A stretch of 64,000 nucleotides of DNA, from contig CASFFZ010000012.1 in assembly GCA_949294095.1 (NCBI GenBank), positions 79,336 to 143,335 on the forward strand. Direction: 5' to 3'. Below are positions 9,280-18,720 of this stretch, piece by piece. The translations under genes and the position numbers were made by a program. Source of the DNA: an uncultured bacterium (GTDB taxonomy: Bacteria; Elusimicrobiota; Elusimicrobia; Elusimicrobiales; Elusimicrobiaceae). Position 1 is the first letter of the stretch, and the number at the start of each line of letters is the position of its first letter. The notes beneath the pieces were generated by a model that was not told where the DNA came from, searched no databases, and saw only the letters and a list, made by a program, of their open reading frames with translations.

Positions 9280-11412
9280 ATGTATAAACGCTTTCAAAAA
9301 CTGATAACGTCCAAACCTTTTATCTTCTCCGCGTTGGCGGGGCTGTTTGTACTGATTATTTTGTGCGCCGTTTTTATGCGCTATATCGTTTCGGGGCTGC
9401 CGCCGGTATACGAAATGGAAGAGTATACCCCTTCTCTCACGACCAAAGTGTTTGACCGAAACAACAAACTCATCCACGAATTTTCCATTGAAAAACGCAG
9501 CATGGTGCCGCTGGAAGACATTCCGGTGGATCTGCAAAACGCCGTGGTGGCGATGGAAGACCGCGATTTCTTCTCCCACCCGGGTTTTTCCGTAAAAGGC
9601 ATTTTGCGCGCGTTGATGCACGATATCTTAACCGGGCAGGCCAAACAAGGCGCCTCCACCCTTACCCAGCAGCTTTCCCGCGGCGTGTTCCTCACGCAGG
9701 AAAAAAAGATTATCCGCAAAATACGCGAAATTATTTTGGCCATTCAAATTGAACATCAATTCAGCAAACGCGAAATTTTGCAAATGTATTTAAACCAAAT
9801 TTACCTGGGAAGCGGCGCCTACGGGGTAAAAGCGGCGGCCAAGAAATACTTTGATAAAGAACTTTCCGAGCTGACCACCGGCGAAGCGGCCCTCATCGTG
9901 GGGCTGATTCCCGCTCCGGGCCGCTACAATCCGTTTGCCAACCCCGACTTGTCCCGCCAGCGCCGCAATTTGGTGCTGGACGTAATGTACCAGCAAAACT
10001 ACATCACAAAAGAAGAATTGGACGCCGCCAAACAGGAGCCCCTGCCCGAAAAGCCGCCCGTGCCCGAAGACGCCCCCGGCCAATACTTTATTGAACACAT
10101 CCGCCGCATTTTGGAGCCCAAATACGGCATGGACGTACTGTGGAAAGCGGGCCTGAACATCTACACCACCGTGGATATTGACCAGCAGGCCGCGGCCGAA
10201 AAAATCATGAACGAATACCTGCAGCAATATGACGAACAGGTAGCCAAAGGGCTGGGAATTGAAATAGACCCCAACGATACCGAGGCCGACACGGAAGAAA
10301 CCGCCGCACAGGAGGAGGAACCCACCGACCCCAAGGCCGAATATCCGCGCCTGCAGGGCGCATTTATGGTGCGCGACGTCAAAACCGGCGCCGTGCGCGT
10401 GCTGGTGGGCGGACGCGGCTTTGACGAAAGCAAATTCAACCGTGCCACCCAAGCCAAACGCCAGCCGGGTTCTTCGTTTAAACCGTACGTCTGGATGGCC
10501 GCCTTGCAAAAAGGCTATACGCCGGCCACCTTGGTAAAAGACCTGCCCACCATGTTCTATTACGACGGGCGCAACTGGCGCACCTTTGATGAAAATTCGG
10601 ATTTGTATTCCTTGGATTTGGCCAAACAATCCTTTATCGCCAGCAAAGATTTCAGCGTCTGGGTGCCGCAAAACTATGGCGGGCGCAACGAAGGCTGGAT
10701 TACACTGCGCAAAGGGCTGGAAAAATCCAAAAACTTAGTGGCCGTCAACTTGATTGACGCCATTGGCGTGCCGGCCGTGGTACGCGTGGCGCGCAAAGCG
10801 GGCATCACGGCGGCGCTGCCGCGGGTGCCGGCCTTGGCGTTGGGCGTAAGCGTGGTGGCGATGGACGAACATCTGGCCGCATTGACCACTTTTGCCAACG
10901 GCGGCATCCACACCGACAACTATTATATTGAACGCGTGGAAGATGCCAACGGGCGCATTTTGGAACAGCATGTGCCGGTGGAAGAAGCGGCATTTTCGCC
11001 GCAGGATTCTTATTTGTTAATTAATATGATGAAGGGCGTCGTCCAGCGCGGAAGCGGCGCGTACGTATCCCGTTTGGGAAGAAATATCGCCGGCAAAACG
11101 GGCACTACGCAAAGCCACCGCGACATGTGGTTCGTCGGTATGACGCCGCACACCGCGGCCGCCGCGTGGATGGGGTATGACGACGACGCTTCCCACGAGA
11201 AAGGCGCCCGCTTTACCGGCAGCACCACCGCCCGCTGGTGGACGGCTATTATGCAGGAAATTTTAAAAGACGAACCCAACGACGATTTCGCCGTTCCGGA
11301 AGGCATTTCCTTTGCCTACATCAACCCGACCACGGGCAAGCTGGCCATGCCTACGGAGCGCAACAAATTTTTGGAAGCGTTTATCGCCGGCACCGAACCG
11401 CAAAGCTTTTAA
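9280..11412 (+). CDS. mrcA: class A penicillin-binding protein (transglycosylase/transpeptidase, PBP1A-type)
   Basis: 710 aa with an N-terminal TM anchor. GT51 motifs: EDRDFFSHPG, GASTLTQQL, RKIREI. Transpeptidase motifs: SSFKP and KTGTT. Confidence 0.9.
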   Translation: MYKRFQKLITSKPFIFSALAGLFVLIILCAVFMRYIVSGLPPVYEMEEYTPSLTTKVFDRNNKLIHEFSIEKRSMVPLEDIPVDLQNAVVAMEDRDFFSHPGFSVKGILRALMHDILTGQAKQGASTLTQQLSRGVFLTQEKKIIRKIREIILAIQIEHQFSKREILQMYLNQIYLGSGAYGVKAAAKKYFDKELSELTTGEAALIVGLIPAPGRYNPFANPDLSRQRRNLVLDVMYQQNYITKEELDAAKQEPLPEKPPVPEDAPGQYFIEHIRRILEPKYGMDVLWKAGLNIYTTVDIDQQAAAEKIMNEYLQQYDEQVAKGLGIEIDPNDTEADTEETAAQEEEPTDPKAEYPRLQGAFMVRDVKTGAVRVLVGGRGFDESKFNRATQAKRQPGSSFKPYVWMAALQKGYTPATLVKDLPTMFYYDGRNWRTFDENSDLYSLDLAKQSFIASKDFSVWVPQNYGGRNEGWITLRKGLEKSKNLVAVNLIDAIGVPAVVRVARKAGITAALPRVPALALGVSVVAMDEHLAALTTFANGGIHTDNYYIERVEDANGRILEQHVPVEEAAFSPQDSYLLINMMKGVVQRGSGAYVSRLGRNIAGKTGTTQSHRDMWFVGMTPHTAAAAWMGYDDDASHEKGARFTGSTTARWWTAIMQEILKDEPNDDFAVPEGISFAYINPTTGKLAMPTERNKFLEAFIAGTEPQSF

Positions 11413-11446
11413 GCCCTTTGGCGGCCGCGGATAAAAAGTTGGACGT

Positions 11447-14400
11447 ATGACAGACAAGAAGCAGACGTTTCCCTCCCGTTACTACGGCCTGCCCAACGGC
11501 GCCGCAAAGGCGTACTTTGTCTGCCAAAAATACCTCAATCGCAACCAAAATGCCCTTTTTATTACCGCTTCGGATACCGACGATTTTGACAACGCCGCCC
11601 ACGAATTTGCCCCCCGCGGCGCACAAGTGTTCCACCTGCCCGATACCGACACCGGCCGCATGGACGCCCTGTACGATTTGCTTTCCCCCGCGTCCGGCCC
11701 GCGCGTTTTAAGCGCCTCGTATGAAGCGCTTTCCCTGCCGCTTCCCAGCCCGCAGGAATTTAAAGCGCGTCTTTTTACCGTCCGCCGCGGCGATACGCTG
11801 CGCCGCCAGGAACTGCTGGATACCTTGCAAGCCGCCGGCTACACCCGCGAGGACTACGCCGAAACCCCCGGCCAATATGCCGCACGCGGCAGCGTGGTGG
11901 ACATTTTTTGCCTAAACCGCCCGGAACCGCTGCGTCTGTATTTTGCCGGCAACCGCGTAGACGTCATCAGCGCGTTTGACCTGGACACCCAAAACACCAA
12001 AGAACACGTGGACGAAGCCGTCGTCATTCCGCTGGCGTTTAGCCAAACGCCCGCCACCTTGGCCGATTATACCCCGGGCTATACCTTTATATTTGACGAG
12101 CCGGACAAAGAGTTCCCGCTGGAGGACTATCCCGGCTGCGCCGTTACCGCCCTTTTGCCCTCGGCCGACGCTACCGACTGCGGGCTGAAATCCAACATCG
12201 CCTTCAACGCCAATATGGAACTGCTGGAGCACGAGGTGGCTTCCCTGCAGGAGCGCGCTATGACGGTAAGCATTTGCTGTTTAAACCGCGGGGAATTAGA
12301 CCGCATGACCGAACTGACGGCCGATTACCCGCACCTGAAAAAAGCCGTTTTTAAAATTTCTCCGCTGACGCAGGGGTTCTACAGCCCCGAAGATCATTTT
12401 GCGCTGATTACGTCCAACGAAATCTTAGACCGCCGCTATAACACCTCGCGCGTGCTGAAACGTTTTGACGTGGAAGGCGCCAAGCGCGTGCGGTTTAAAG
12501 AATTGCAGGCGGGGGATTATGTCGTCCACCAAGAGCACGGCATCGGCCGTTATTTGGGGCTGGAAGTGTTGGACAAAGAAGAAAACCCCACCGACTGCCT
12601 GGTCATAGAATACCGGCGGGGCAGCCGCCTGTATGTGCCTATGTACGACTTTAAAAAAGTGCAAAAATATATCGGAGCCGGCGGCAAACGGCCGGCGCTG
12701 TCGGCTTTGGGCGGCGTGGCGTGGAAAGACGTCAAAAAACGGGTCAAAGAAGAAGCCCAAAAAGCCGCCAAAGAAATTTTGCATTTGGAGGCCCTCCGCC
12801 AAGCCACGCCGGCGCCCGAAGTGCCCGGAGACCCGCGCATCGAACAGGAATTTGCCGATTCGTTCCCTTACGTGCTGACCCCCGGGCAGGAGCAGGCCAT
12901 CCGGGATACGCTGCACGATTTGGATCTGCCCAAACCCATGGACAGGGTGCTGGTGGGAGACGTGGGCTTTGGCAAAACGGAAGTAGCCATGCGGGCCGCT
13001 TTAAAAGTGGCGCTTTCCGGCAAACAAGTGATGGTGCTGGTGCCCACCACCATTCTGGCTGACCAGCATTATAAAACGTTTTCCAAACGCATGGCGGGTT
13101 TTCCCGTCAATGTGCGGATGCTGTGCCGGTTTCAAACGCCCAAAGAACAAAAAGCCGTCATTGCGGAACTTAAAAGCGGCGTGTGCGACATCATCATCGG
13201 CACCCACCGGCTGATGAGCAAAGACATTGAATTTCACGACTTAGGCCTGGTGATTATAGACGAAGAGCACCGCTTCGGCGTGAAACAGAAAGAAAAAATC
13301 CGCTCCAAGCTCACCGGCGTGCATTCCCTGCTCTTAAGCGCCACCCCCATTCCGCGCACGCTCAACCAGTCGCTCTCGTCCCTGCGCGATATTTCGCTCA
13401 TTGACACGCCCCCCCGCGGCCGCACCCCCATTAAAACCGTCGTTACCGCTTGGAACAACGACCTCGCCTCCGCCGCCATCAACCAGGAACTGGCCCGCGG
13501 CGGGCAGGTGTACTATGTCTACAACAGCGTGCAGAGCATGCAGTCGCGCTATTTGTTTTTAAAGAAACTGGTTCCGCAGGCGCGCATTTGCATGGCGCAC
13601 GGACAAATGGACGAAAAGGAACTGGAACAAACGCTGTGGGATTTTAATAACGGAAAATACGATATCCTGCTGGCCTCCACCATTATAGAATCCGGCATCG
13701 ACATTACCAACGCCAACACCTTAATTGTGGAAAACGCCCAGAACTTCGGCCTGGCCCAGCTCTACCAACTGCGCGGGCGCATCGGCCGCGGCAGCACCAA
13801 AGCGTACTGCTATTTATTCCACCCGGATTGGCTGTTTAAAAACAAAGAAGAACCGCAGGACAATTTTGCCGATTTGGCCGCCGTGTACTGGAAACCCAAA
13901 GAAGAAAAAGACCCCACCGAAGAGGCCCGCAAACGCTTGGCCGCGCTCATGGAATTTGGCGAACTGGGCAGCGGCTTCCGCCTGGCGCTTCGCGATATGG
14001 AAATCCGCGGAGCGGGCGATTTGCTGGGCGTCAAACAGCACGGCTACGTAAACGAAGTGGGGCTGAGCCTGTACTGCGATTTGGTGGCCGCGGAAGTAAA
14101 AAAATTAAAAGGCGAGCGGGTGGAGCGCAACCTGCATGCCAAAGTCAATTTGCCGGTAGCGGCTTATATTCCGCCGGATTATATCCCGGACGACGCCGAC
14201 CGCCTGCGCTATTACAAAGAACTCATGAGCGCAGACGAAACCAAAACGCAGGCGCTGCTGGCCAAATTAAAAGATTTAAGCGGCCCGCTGCCGCCGGAAG
14301 TCGTTCACTTGGCGGAACTGTTTCGGCTGTCGGCCCGGGCGGGCGCGTTGGAAATTTACCACATGGACTGGCTCGACGGCCAGTTGGAACTGTTGTTTAC

Positions 14401-14590
14401 GCGCCGCTTTAAAATGCCGCCCACCCTGCCCGGCGAATTATTCAACCGCTTCGGGGCCGACCGGGTGGAATTTGTAAAATCCAAGAACGGAGACGGCCTG
14501 CGCCTTACGGCGCCCGCCGGCAAAGACCCGGTGGCTTTTGCCCGGGAAACTCTTTTATTTTTTGAACAAATTTTAAAACCGCAAAAATGA
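11447..14590 (+). CDS. mfd: transcription-repair coupling factor
   Basis: 1047 aa. Has the CarD-like region (GDYVVHQEHGIGRY), SF2 helicase motifs (GDVGFGKTEVA, DEEHRFG, SATPIPRT, QLRGRIGR) and a TRG-like region. Confidence 0.95.
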   Translation: MTDKKQTFPSRYYGLPNGAAKAYFVCQKYLNRNQNALFITASDTDDFDNAAHEFAPRGAQVFHLPDTDTGRMDALYDLLSPASGPRVLSASYEALSLPLPSPQEFKARLFTVRRGDTLRRQELLDTLQAAGYTREDYAETPGQYAARGSVVDIFCLNRPEPLRLYFAGNRVDVISAFDLDTQNTKEHVDEAVVIPLAFSQTPATLADYTPGYTFIFDEPDKEFPLEDYPGCAVTALLPSADATDCGLKSNIAFNANMELLEHEVASLQERAMTVSICCLNRGELDRMTELTADYPHLKKAVFKISPLTQGFYSPEDHFALITSNEILDRRYNTSRVLKRFDVEGAKRVRFKELQAGDYVVHQEHGIGRYLGLEVLDKEENPTDCLVIEYRRGSRLYVPMYDFKKVQKYIGAGGKRPALSALGGVAWKDVKKRVKEEAQKAAKEILHLEALRQATPAPEVPGDPRIEQEFADSFPYVLTPGQEQAIRDTLHDLDLPKPMDRVLVGDVGFGKTEVAMRAALKVALSGKQVMVLVPTTILADQHYKTFSKRMAGFPVNVRMLCRFQTPKEQKAVIAELKSGVCDIIIGTHRLMSKDIEFHDLGLVIIDEEHRFGVKQKEKIRSKLTGVHSLLLSATPIPRTLNQSLSSLRDISLIDTPPRGRTPIKTVVTAWNNDLASAAINQELARGGQVYYVYNSVQSMQSRYLFLKKLVPQARICMAHGQMDEKELEQTLWDFNNGKYDILLASTIIESGIDITNANTLIVENAQNFGLAQLYQLRGRIGRGSTKAYCYLFHPDWLFKNKEEPQDNFADLAAVYWKPKEEKDPTEEARKRLAALMEFGELGSGFRLALRDMEIRGAGDLLGVKQHGYVNEVGLSLYCDLVAAEVKKLKGERVERNLHAKVNLPVAAYIPPDYIPDDADRLRYYKELMSADETKTQALLAKLKDLSGPLPPEVVHLAELFRLSARAGALEIYHMDWLDGQLELLFTRRFKMPPTLPGELFNRFGADRVEFVKSKNGDGLRLTAPAGKDPVAFARETLLFFEQILKPQK

Positions 14591-14596
14591 TATAGT
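14588..14596 (+). promoter_or_regulatory. extended -10 (TGaTATAGT) 8 nt before ATG 14605
   Basis: It overlaps the mfd stop codon. ATG 14599 is only 2 nt after the hexamer, so 14605 is the likelier (leaderless) start. Confidence 0.4.
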
Positions 14597-14604
14597 ATAT
14601 GCAT

Positions 14605-15423
14605 ATGAAAAGATGTTTGCTTATCGCCGTTTTATGCTTGGCAGCTTGGGGCTGCCAAAAAGCCGCCGAAACCATCCCGGACGATGCCGCCGCCCGCGTG
14701 GGGCGCGAAACCATCACGGAAGAGGACATCGCCGCCCGTACGGCGCTGCTTTCAGACGACGACCGCGCTTTCGCCCAAACGCCTATCGGCCGGCAGAATT
14801 TGCTGCAGATTATTACGCGCGAAAAACTGATTGCCGCCGCCGCCAAGGACGAACAGCTGGATCAATCCGACGTGTACCTTTCCATTATGGAAGACAAGCG
14901 CGCCCAACTGGCCGACATTTACCGCCAATTTGGCGAGCAAACGCTGGAGCAGCTGTGGTATGACGAGCTTAAAGAAAAAGGCGACACGGCCGTAACGGAC
15001 GAAGAAATAGACGCCTACTACGACAAATATCCGTATGAAATGACCATTCAGCAAATCATCATCGACAACGCCCAAACCGCCGACCAAGTACTGCGGGCGC
15101 TCAAGTCCTCCCCCCGCCGCTGGAACGAATTGGAACGCCAATACAGCTGCGCGCCGGATGCGCTGCGCAAGATTTCGGTCATGCCGGGGGAATACCTGCC
15201 CGATATTGAGGTCATCGCCGCCAACTCCCCCACCAACAGCGTGCAAGGTTTTTTCAAAACGGCGCAGGGATTTCATATAATAAAGAAAACAGGCGAAAAA
15301 CGCCTTTCGCGCAAAGCGGCCGAGCCGCGCATCCGCGAAGTGCTGGAAAATAAAAAGTTGGACAAAATTTTGGATGCTCTTAAAAACAAGTACGAGGTTG
15401 TGATATATGAAAAAAGCGAATAA
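14605..15423 (+). CDS. parvulin-type peptidyl-prolyl isomerase lipoprotein (PpiC/SurA-like)
   Basis: Lipobox in MKRCLLIAVLCLAAWGC and a C-terminal parvulin motif (AQGFHIIKK). The track start 14599 is the alternative. Confidence 0.75.
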   Translation: MKRCLLIAVLCLAAWGCQKAAETIPDDAAARVGRETITEEDIAARTALLSDDDRAFAQTPIGRQNLLQIITREKLIAAAAKDEQLDQSDVYLSIMEDKRAQLADIYRQFGEQTLEQLWYDELKEKGDTAVTDEEIDAYYDKYPYEMTIQQIIIDNAQTADQVLRALKSSPRRWNELERQYSCAPDALRKISVMPGEYLPDIEVIAANSPTNSVQGFFKTAQGFHIIKKTGEKRLSRKAAEPRIREVLENKKLDKILDALKNKYEVVIYEKSE

Positions 15424-16621
15424 ACTGTTTTTAGCCGTCTTGCTGGCGGCGTTAGGGGTAAACGGGCAGGCCAAGGTAATGGAATCTTCCGTTGCTACGG
15501 TAAACGGACGCCCGATTCTTTCCTCTGAGTATGACACGTATCTGGACGGCGTCATCGAACAATATGAACTGGCTGCCCCGCAATTTTTGCAGCAGCCCTA
15601 CGCCAAAGACATTTTAGGGCGGGAAGTGCTGAAAGAACTGATCTCCAAAGAACTTTTGTATCAGGCCGCGGAGGAAGAAAAAATCCAAGTAAAAGATTCC
15701 GAGGTGGACGCCGGCCTCAACGAAATCAAGAGCCGGTTTATCGTGGATGAAGCCACCGGCAAGCCCGATCCCAAAGGGGCCGACAAACGCTTTACCGAAG
15801 CTCTAAAAAAACAGGGCATGAGCCTGAAAACCTACACCAAAAAGCTTTCCAAAGATGTGGCGGTGCGCAAACTGATGGAAGAAAAGTTAAGAGCCACCGT
15901 CAAACCCGTGGAAGAGGCCGACGCCAAAGCCCTGTATGACGACGTGGAAGCCGTCATGAAAAATAAAACCAAAAAAATAAAAGAACTGGAAAAAGAAAAT
16001 CCGACCCGTCTCAAAGAAGCCCAAGCAATCGCCGCCAAGCTCAAACAGCTGACGGGCGAACAAGTGCGCATCGGGCACATTTATCTGGCCGTTACCAGTG
16101 ACATGAAACCCGCCGACGTGAAGAAAAAAGAAGAATTGGCCAAGCAAATCAAAAAAGAAATTGACAACGGGATGGATTTCTCGGAAGCGGTCAAAAAATA
16201 TACCGAAGACAAAAACGCCCTGGCCAGCGGCGGAGATATGATTTTACTCAAAGGCGTAGCCCCCAAAGCTATTGACGACAAAGCGTTTTCGCTCGCCGTG
16301 GGCAAAGTCAGCGACCCGATTAAAAGCGATGTGGGATTTCACATTATTAAAATTAAAGAAAAACGCGCGGAAAGATCCATTTCCTACGAAGACATCGCCA
16401 AAGATTTGGCCCAATACTTGGCCCAGCAGCGCGTACAGCTGGCCATGGCCCAATATATTGAAGAGCTCTACAACAAGGCGGACGTCAAAGTAACCCTTGA
16501 ATTTGAATCGGACGCCCTGCTGCAAGAACAAGCCGCCGACGCCAAAGCGGCCCCGGAGAAATCCGCCGCCAAAGACGCCAAAGCGGATGCTAAAACGGCT
16601 GAAAAAGACAGCAAAAAATAA
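15407..16621 (+). CDS. SurA/PrsA-like periplasmic chaperone-PPIase
   Basis: 404 aa with a signal peptide, a SurA_N-like N-terminus (VATVNGRPILSSEYD) and a parvulin domain (GHIYL...DVGFHIIKIKEKR). It has a Lys/Ala-rich tail and a 17-nt overlap with the upstream gene. Confidence 0.75.
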   Translation: MKKANKLFLAVLLAALGVNGQAKVMESSVATVNGRPILSSEYDTYLDGVIEQYELAAPQFLQQPYAKDILGREVLKELISKELLYQAAEEEKIQVKDSEVDAGLNEIKSRFIVDEATGKPDPKGADKRFTEALKKQGMSLKTYTKKLSKDVAVRKLMEEKLRATVKPVEEADAKALYDDVEAVMKNKTKKIKELEKENPTRLKEAQAIAAKLKQLTGEQVRIGHIYLAVTSDMKPADVKKKEELAKQIKKEIDNGMDFSEAVKKYTEDKNALASGGDMILLKGVAPKAIDDKAFSLAVGKVSDPIKSDVGFHIIKIKEKRAERSISYEDIAKDLAQYLAQQRVQLAMAQYIEELYNKADVKVTLEFESDALLQEQAADAKAAPEKSAAKDAKADAKTAEKDSKK

Positions 16622-16707
16622 AACGGAGTCTGTCCATTCGTTTCTAAACCTAAAAGGCAAAACGGTTCCTCACCTCCCTTTTGAGTTTAATTAGATTCGG
16701 ACAATTC

Positions 16708-17640
16708 ATGAAACCCGTTGTATTTATAACCGCGGGCGACCCGTTGGGGATCGGCCCGGAAGTAACCGTTAAAGCTTTAAAAAGCCCGTTAGTACAACAC
16801 GCCTGCGCTCCGATTGTGATCGGAGAGCCGTGTTCGCTTTTCCGCGCCGGCTTTTCCGACCGGCTGGCGCGCCTGATCAGTATGGACACCTGCGAGTGCC
16901 TGCAGGACGCGCCCCACGGCCCCACCCAAGCCGGCGGAATCTCTTCCTTTAAATCCGTAGAACTTGCGTGCAAGCTGGCTCTTCGCACCCGTTGCCCGTT
17001 GGTAACGGCACCCATTTCCAAACAAAGCTGGTCGTTGGCGCATATTCCGTATGTGGGGCACACCGAACTGCTGCGCGAACGGGCGGGAAAAGAGGGACTG
17101 ATGATGTTTGTCAGCGGGCCCATCCGCTGTGCGCTGGTCAGCGAGCATTTTGCCATTTCCGATTTGCCCCATATCCTCACGCGGGCGCGCGTTTCCCAAG
17201 CGGCCCGCCACTTTGCGCAGGCGCTGCACCGCTTGGGCGTTAAGCATCCGCACATTGCTTTTTGCGCGCTTAATCCGCACGCGGGCGACAACGGCAAATT
17301 CGGAGCCGAAGAACACTCCGTCATTGAACCCGTCATCCGGGCCATGCGCCGCAAAGGAATTTGCGCCGAAGGCCCCTTTCCCGTAGACAGCATTTGGGCG
17401 GCCCACGCCCACGGGAAATACGACGGGCTGCTGTGCATGTATCACGACCAGGCGCTTTTGGGCCTTAAACTGGCCGCACGCGAACCGATTGTGCACGTAA
17501 CGGCCGGGCTGAAGTTTTTGCGCACCTCCCCTACGCACGGCACCGCGTTTGACATCGCCGGCAAAAACAAAGCCAATGCCCAAAGCATGACGGCAGCCAT
17601 CTTGTTTGCCGCCGCGCGCGCCAAATGCCCGGAAATTTAA
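16708..17640 (+). CDS. pdxA: 4-hydroxythreonine-4-phosphate dehydrogenase
   Basis: MKPVVFITAGDPLGIGPEV, GHTELL and YHDQAL motifs. I prefer ATG 16708 over the upstream TTG at 16681. Confidence 0.85.
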   Translation: MKPVVFITAGDPLGIGPEVTVKALKSPLVQHACAPIVIGEPCSLFRAGFSDRLARLISMDTCECLQDAPHGPTQAGGISSFKSVELACKLALRTRCPLVTAPISKQSWSLAHIPYVGHTELLRERAGKEGLMMFVSGPIRCALVSEHFAISDLPHILTRARVSQAARHFAQALHRLGVKHPHIAFCALNPHAGDNGKFGAEEHSVIEPVIRAMRRKGICAEGPFPVDSIWAAHAHGKYDGLLCMYHDQALLGLKLAAREPIVHVTAGLKFLRTSPTHGTAFDIAGKNKANAQSMTAAILFAAARAKCPEI

Positions 17641-17668
17641 AGCACGGGCGATTTTTCCGAAAAGAAAG

Positions 17669-17700
17669 GCGGGAGAAAAGGATTCTTCCCGCTTTTTCTT
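17669..17700 (+). terminator. rho-independent terminator after pdxA
   Basis: gcggga (17669-17674) pairs with tcccgc (17687-17692), followed by TTTTTCTTTC. Confidence 0.55.
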
Positions 17701-17770
17701 TCATACCCTTCTTTTAAACTTTTTTCTTCTTTTTTGATGTCAGAAAAACCCGCCCGCTCCTCTTTTTATT

Positions 17771-17779
17771 TGTTACAAT
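17771..17779 (+). promoter_or_regulatory. extended -10 (TGtTACAAT) 6 nt before the birA ATG; predicted leaderless
   Basis: TG at 17771-17772, TACAAT at 17774-17779, ATG at 17786. Confidence 0.45.
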
Positions 17780-17785
17780 GGGGAT

Positions 17786-18490
17786 ATGAGCTCCAGCGTG
17801 CATTTTAAGGAAATAGATTCCACCAATAATTACCTCAAAGAACACTGCGCCCGACTGCCGCACGGATTTATGGTAACGGCAGACAAACAAACCGCCGGCC
17901 GCGGCCGTTTTAACCGCAAATGGGTATCGCAGGAAGGCGGGCTCTATTTCTCCGTATTAATCAAGCCCGAGCAAACCGATTTTTGGCCCAATTTTACGCA
18001 GCTGATGGGCCTTAGCCTCTGCCGCGCAATTGAAAAACGCTACCCTAAAACATATCTCAAATGGCCCAACGACGTGCTGGCCGACGGCAAAAAACTGTGC
18101 GGCATTTTAAGCGAAGGCGTGCTCTGCGGCGGGAAATTGGAAGGAATGATTATCGGCACGGGCGTAAACGTGGGGCAAAAAACCATGCCGGACGTGGGCC
18201 AGCCGGCCACCTCGCTCTATCTGCTGGGCGTGCAGGAGGACAAGCAAACCTTGCTGGGCGAGATTATGGACTATTTTTGGCAGGACTATCCGGCGGTGCA
18301 AGCCCGCGGATTTGCCGCCATTTGCGAGCCGTACCGGGAAAGATTTCCCTTCATCGGCAAAGAAATCACCGTTAAAAACGGCGAAAAACCCCTTTGTGGA
18401 ACAGTGCGGGACGTATCTTCGCGCGGGACGCTTCTTTTGAATACCGCCGACGGCCCGGAAGAAATATACATAGGAGACCTGATTGTATGA
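17786..18490 (+). CDS. birA: biotin--[acetyl-CoA-carboxylase] ligase, group I (no N-terminal HTH)
   Basis: 234 aa. Has the QTAGRGRFNRKW biotin-binding loop, KWPNDV and GIGVN-like GTGVN. Confidence 0.85.
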   Translation: MSSSVHFKEIDSTNNYLKEHCARLPHGFMVTADKQTAGRGRFNRKWVSQEGGLYFSVLIKPEQTDFWPNFTQLMGLSLCRAIEKRYPKTYLKWPNDVLADGKKLCGILSEGVLCGGKLEGMIIGTGVNVGQKTMPDVGQPATSLYLLGVQEDKQTLLGEIMDYFWQDYPAVQARGFAAICEPYRERFPFIGKEITVKNGEKPLCGTVRDVSSRGTLLLNTADGPEEIYIGDLIV

Positions 18491-18705
18491 GTGCAGATAA
18501 TCTGATGATGCAATCCGTCAACATTACCATTATCGGAATGTTGGTCGTTTTCGTGTTTCTGATTATAATGATCGGAATCATGAAAGTGTTGGGCAAGCTG
18601 GTAGAGGCGATGGAAAAGTATTTTCCGCAAACCGTACCCGGCGCCGAAGACAACGCACTAATTGCAGTGGCCGTGGCCGCCGCCAGAAGATTTCAAGGAA
18701 AATAA
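18487..18705 (+). CDS. oadG: Na+-translocating decarboxylase gamma subunit (OadG-like)
   Basis: 72 aa from ATG 18487, which overlaps the birA stop (ATGA at 18487-18490). It has a single TM (VNITIIGMLVVFVFLIIMIGIM) and sits directly upstream of oadA and oadB. Confidence 0.7.
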   Translation: MSADNLMMQSVNITIIGMLVVFVFLIIMIGIMKVLGKLVEAMEKYFPQTVPGAEDNALIAVAVAAARRFQGK

Positions 18706-18720
18706 ACCGGGGGAACCAAT

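Noticed and set aside
9790-10671. 293-aa minus-strand ORF
   Set aside because: Antisense to the PBP1A transpeptidase region, with no motifs.
16650-17583. Two ~260-aa minus-strand ORFs (16650-17438 and 16789-17583)
   Set aside because: Both are antisense to pdxA, which has canonical PdxA motifs. They overlap each other in different frames and are composition artefacts.
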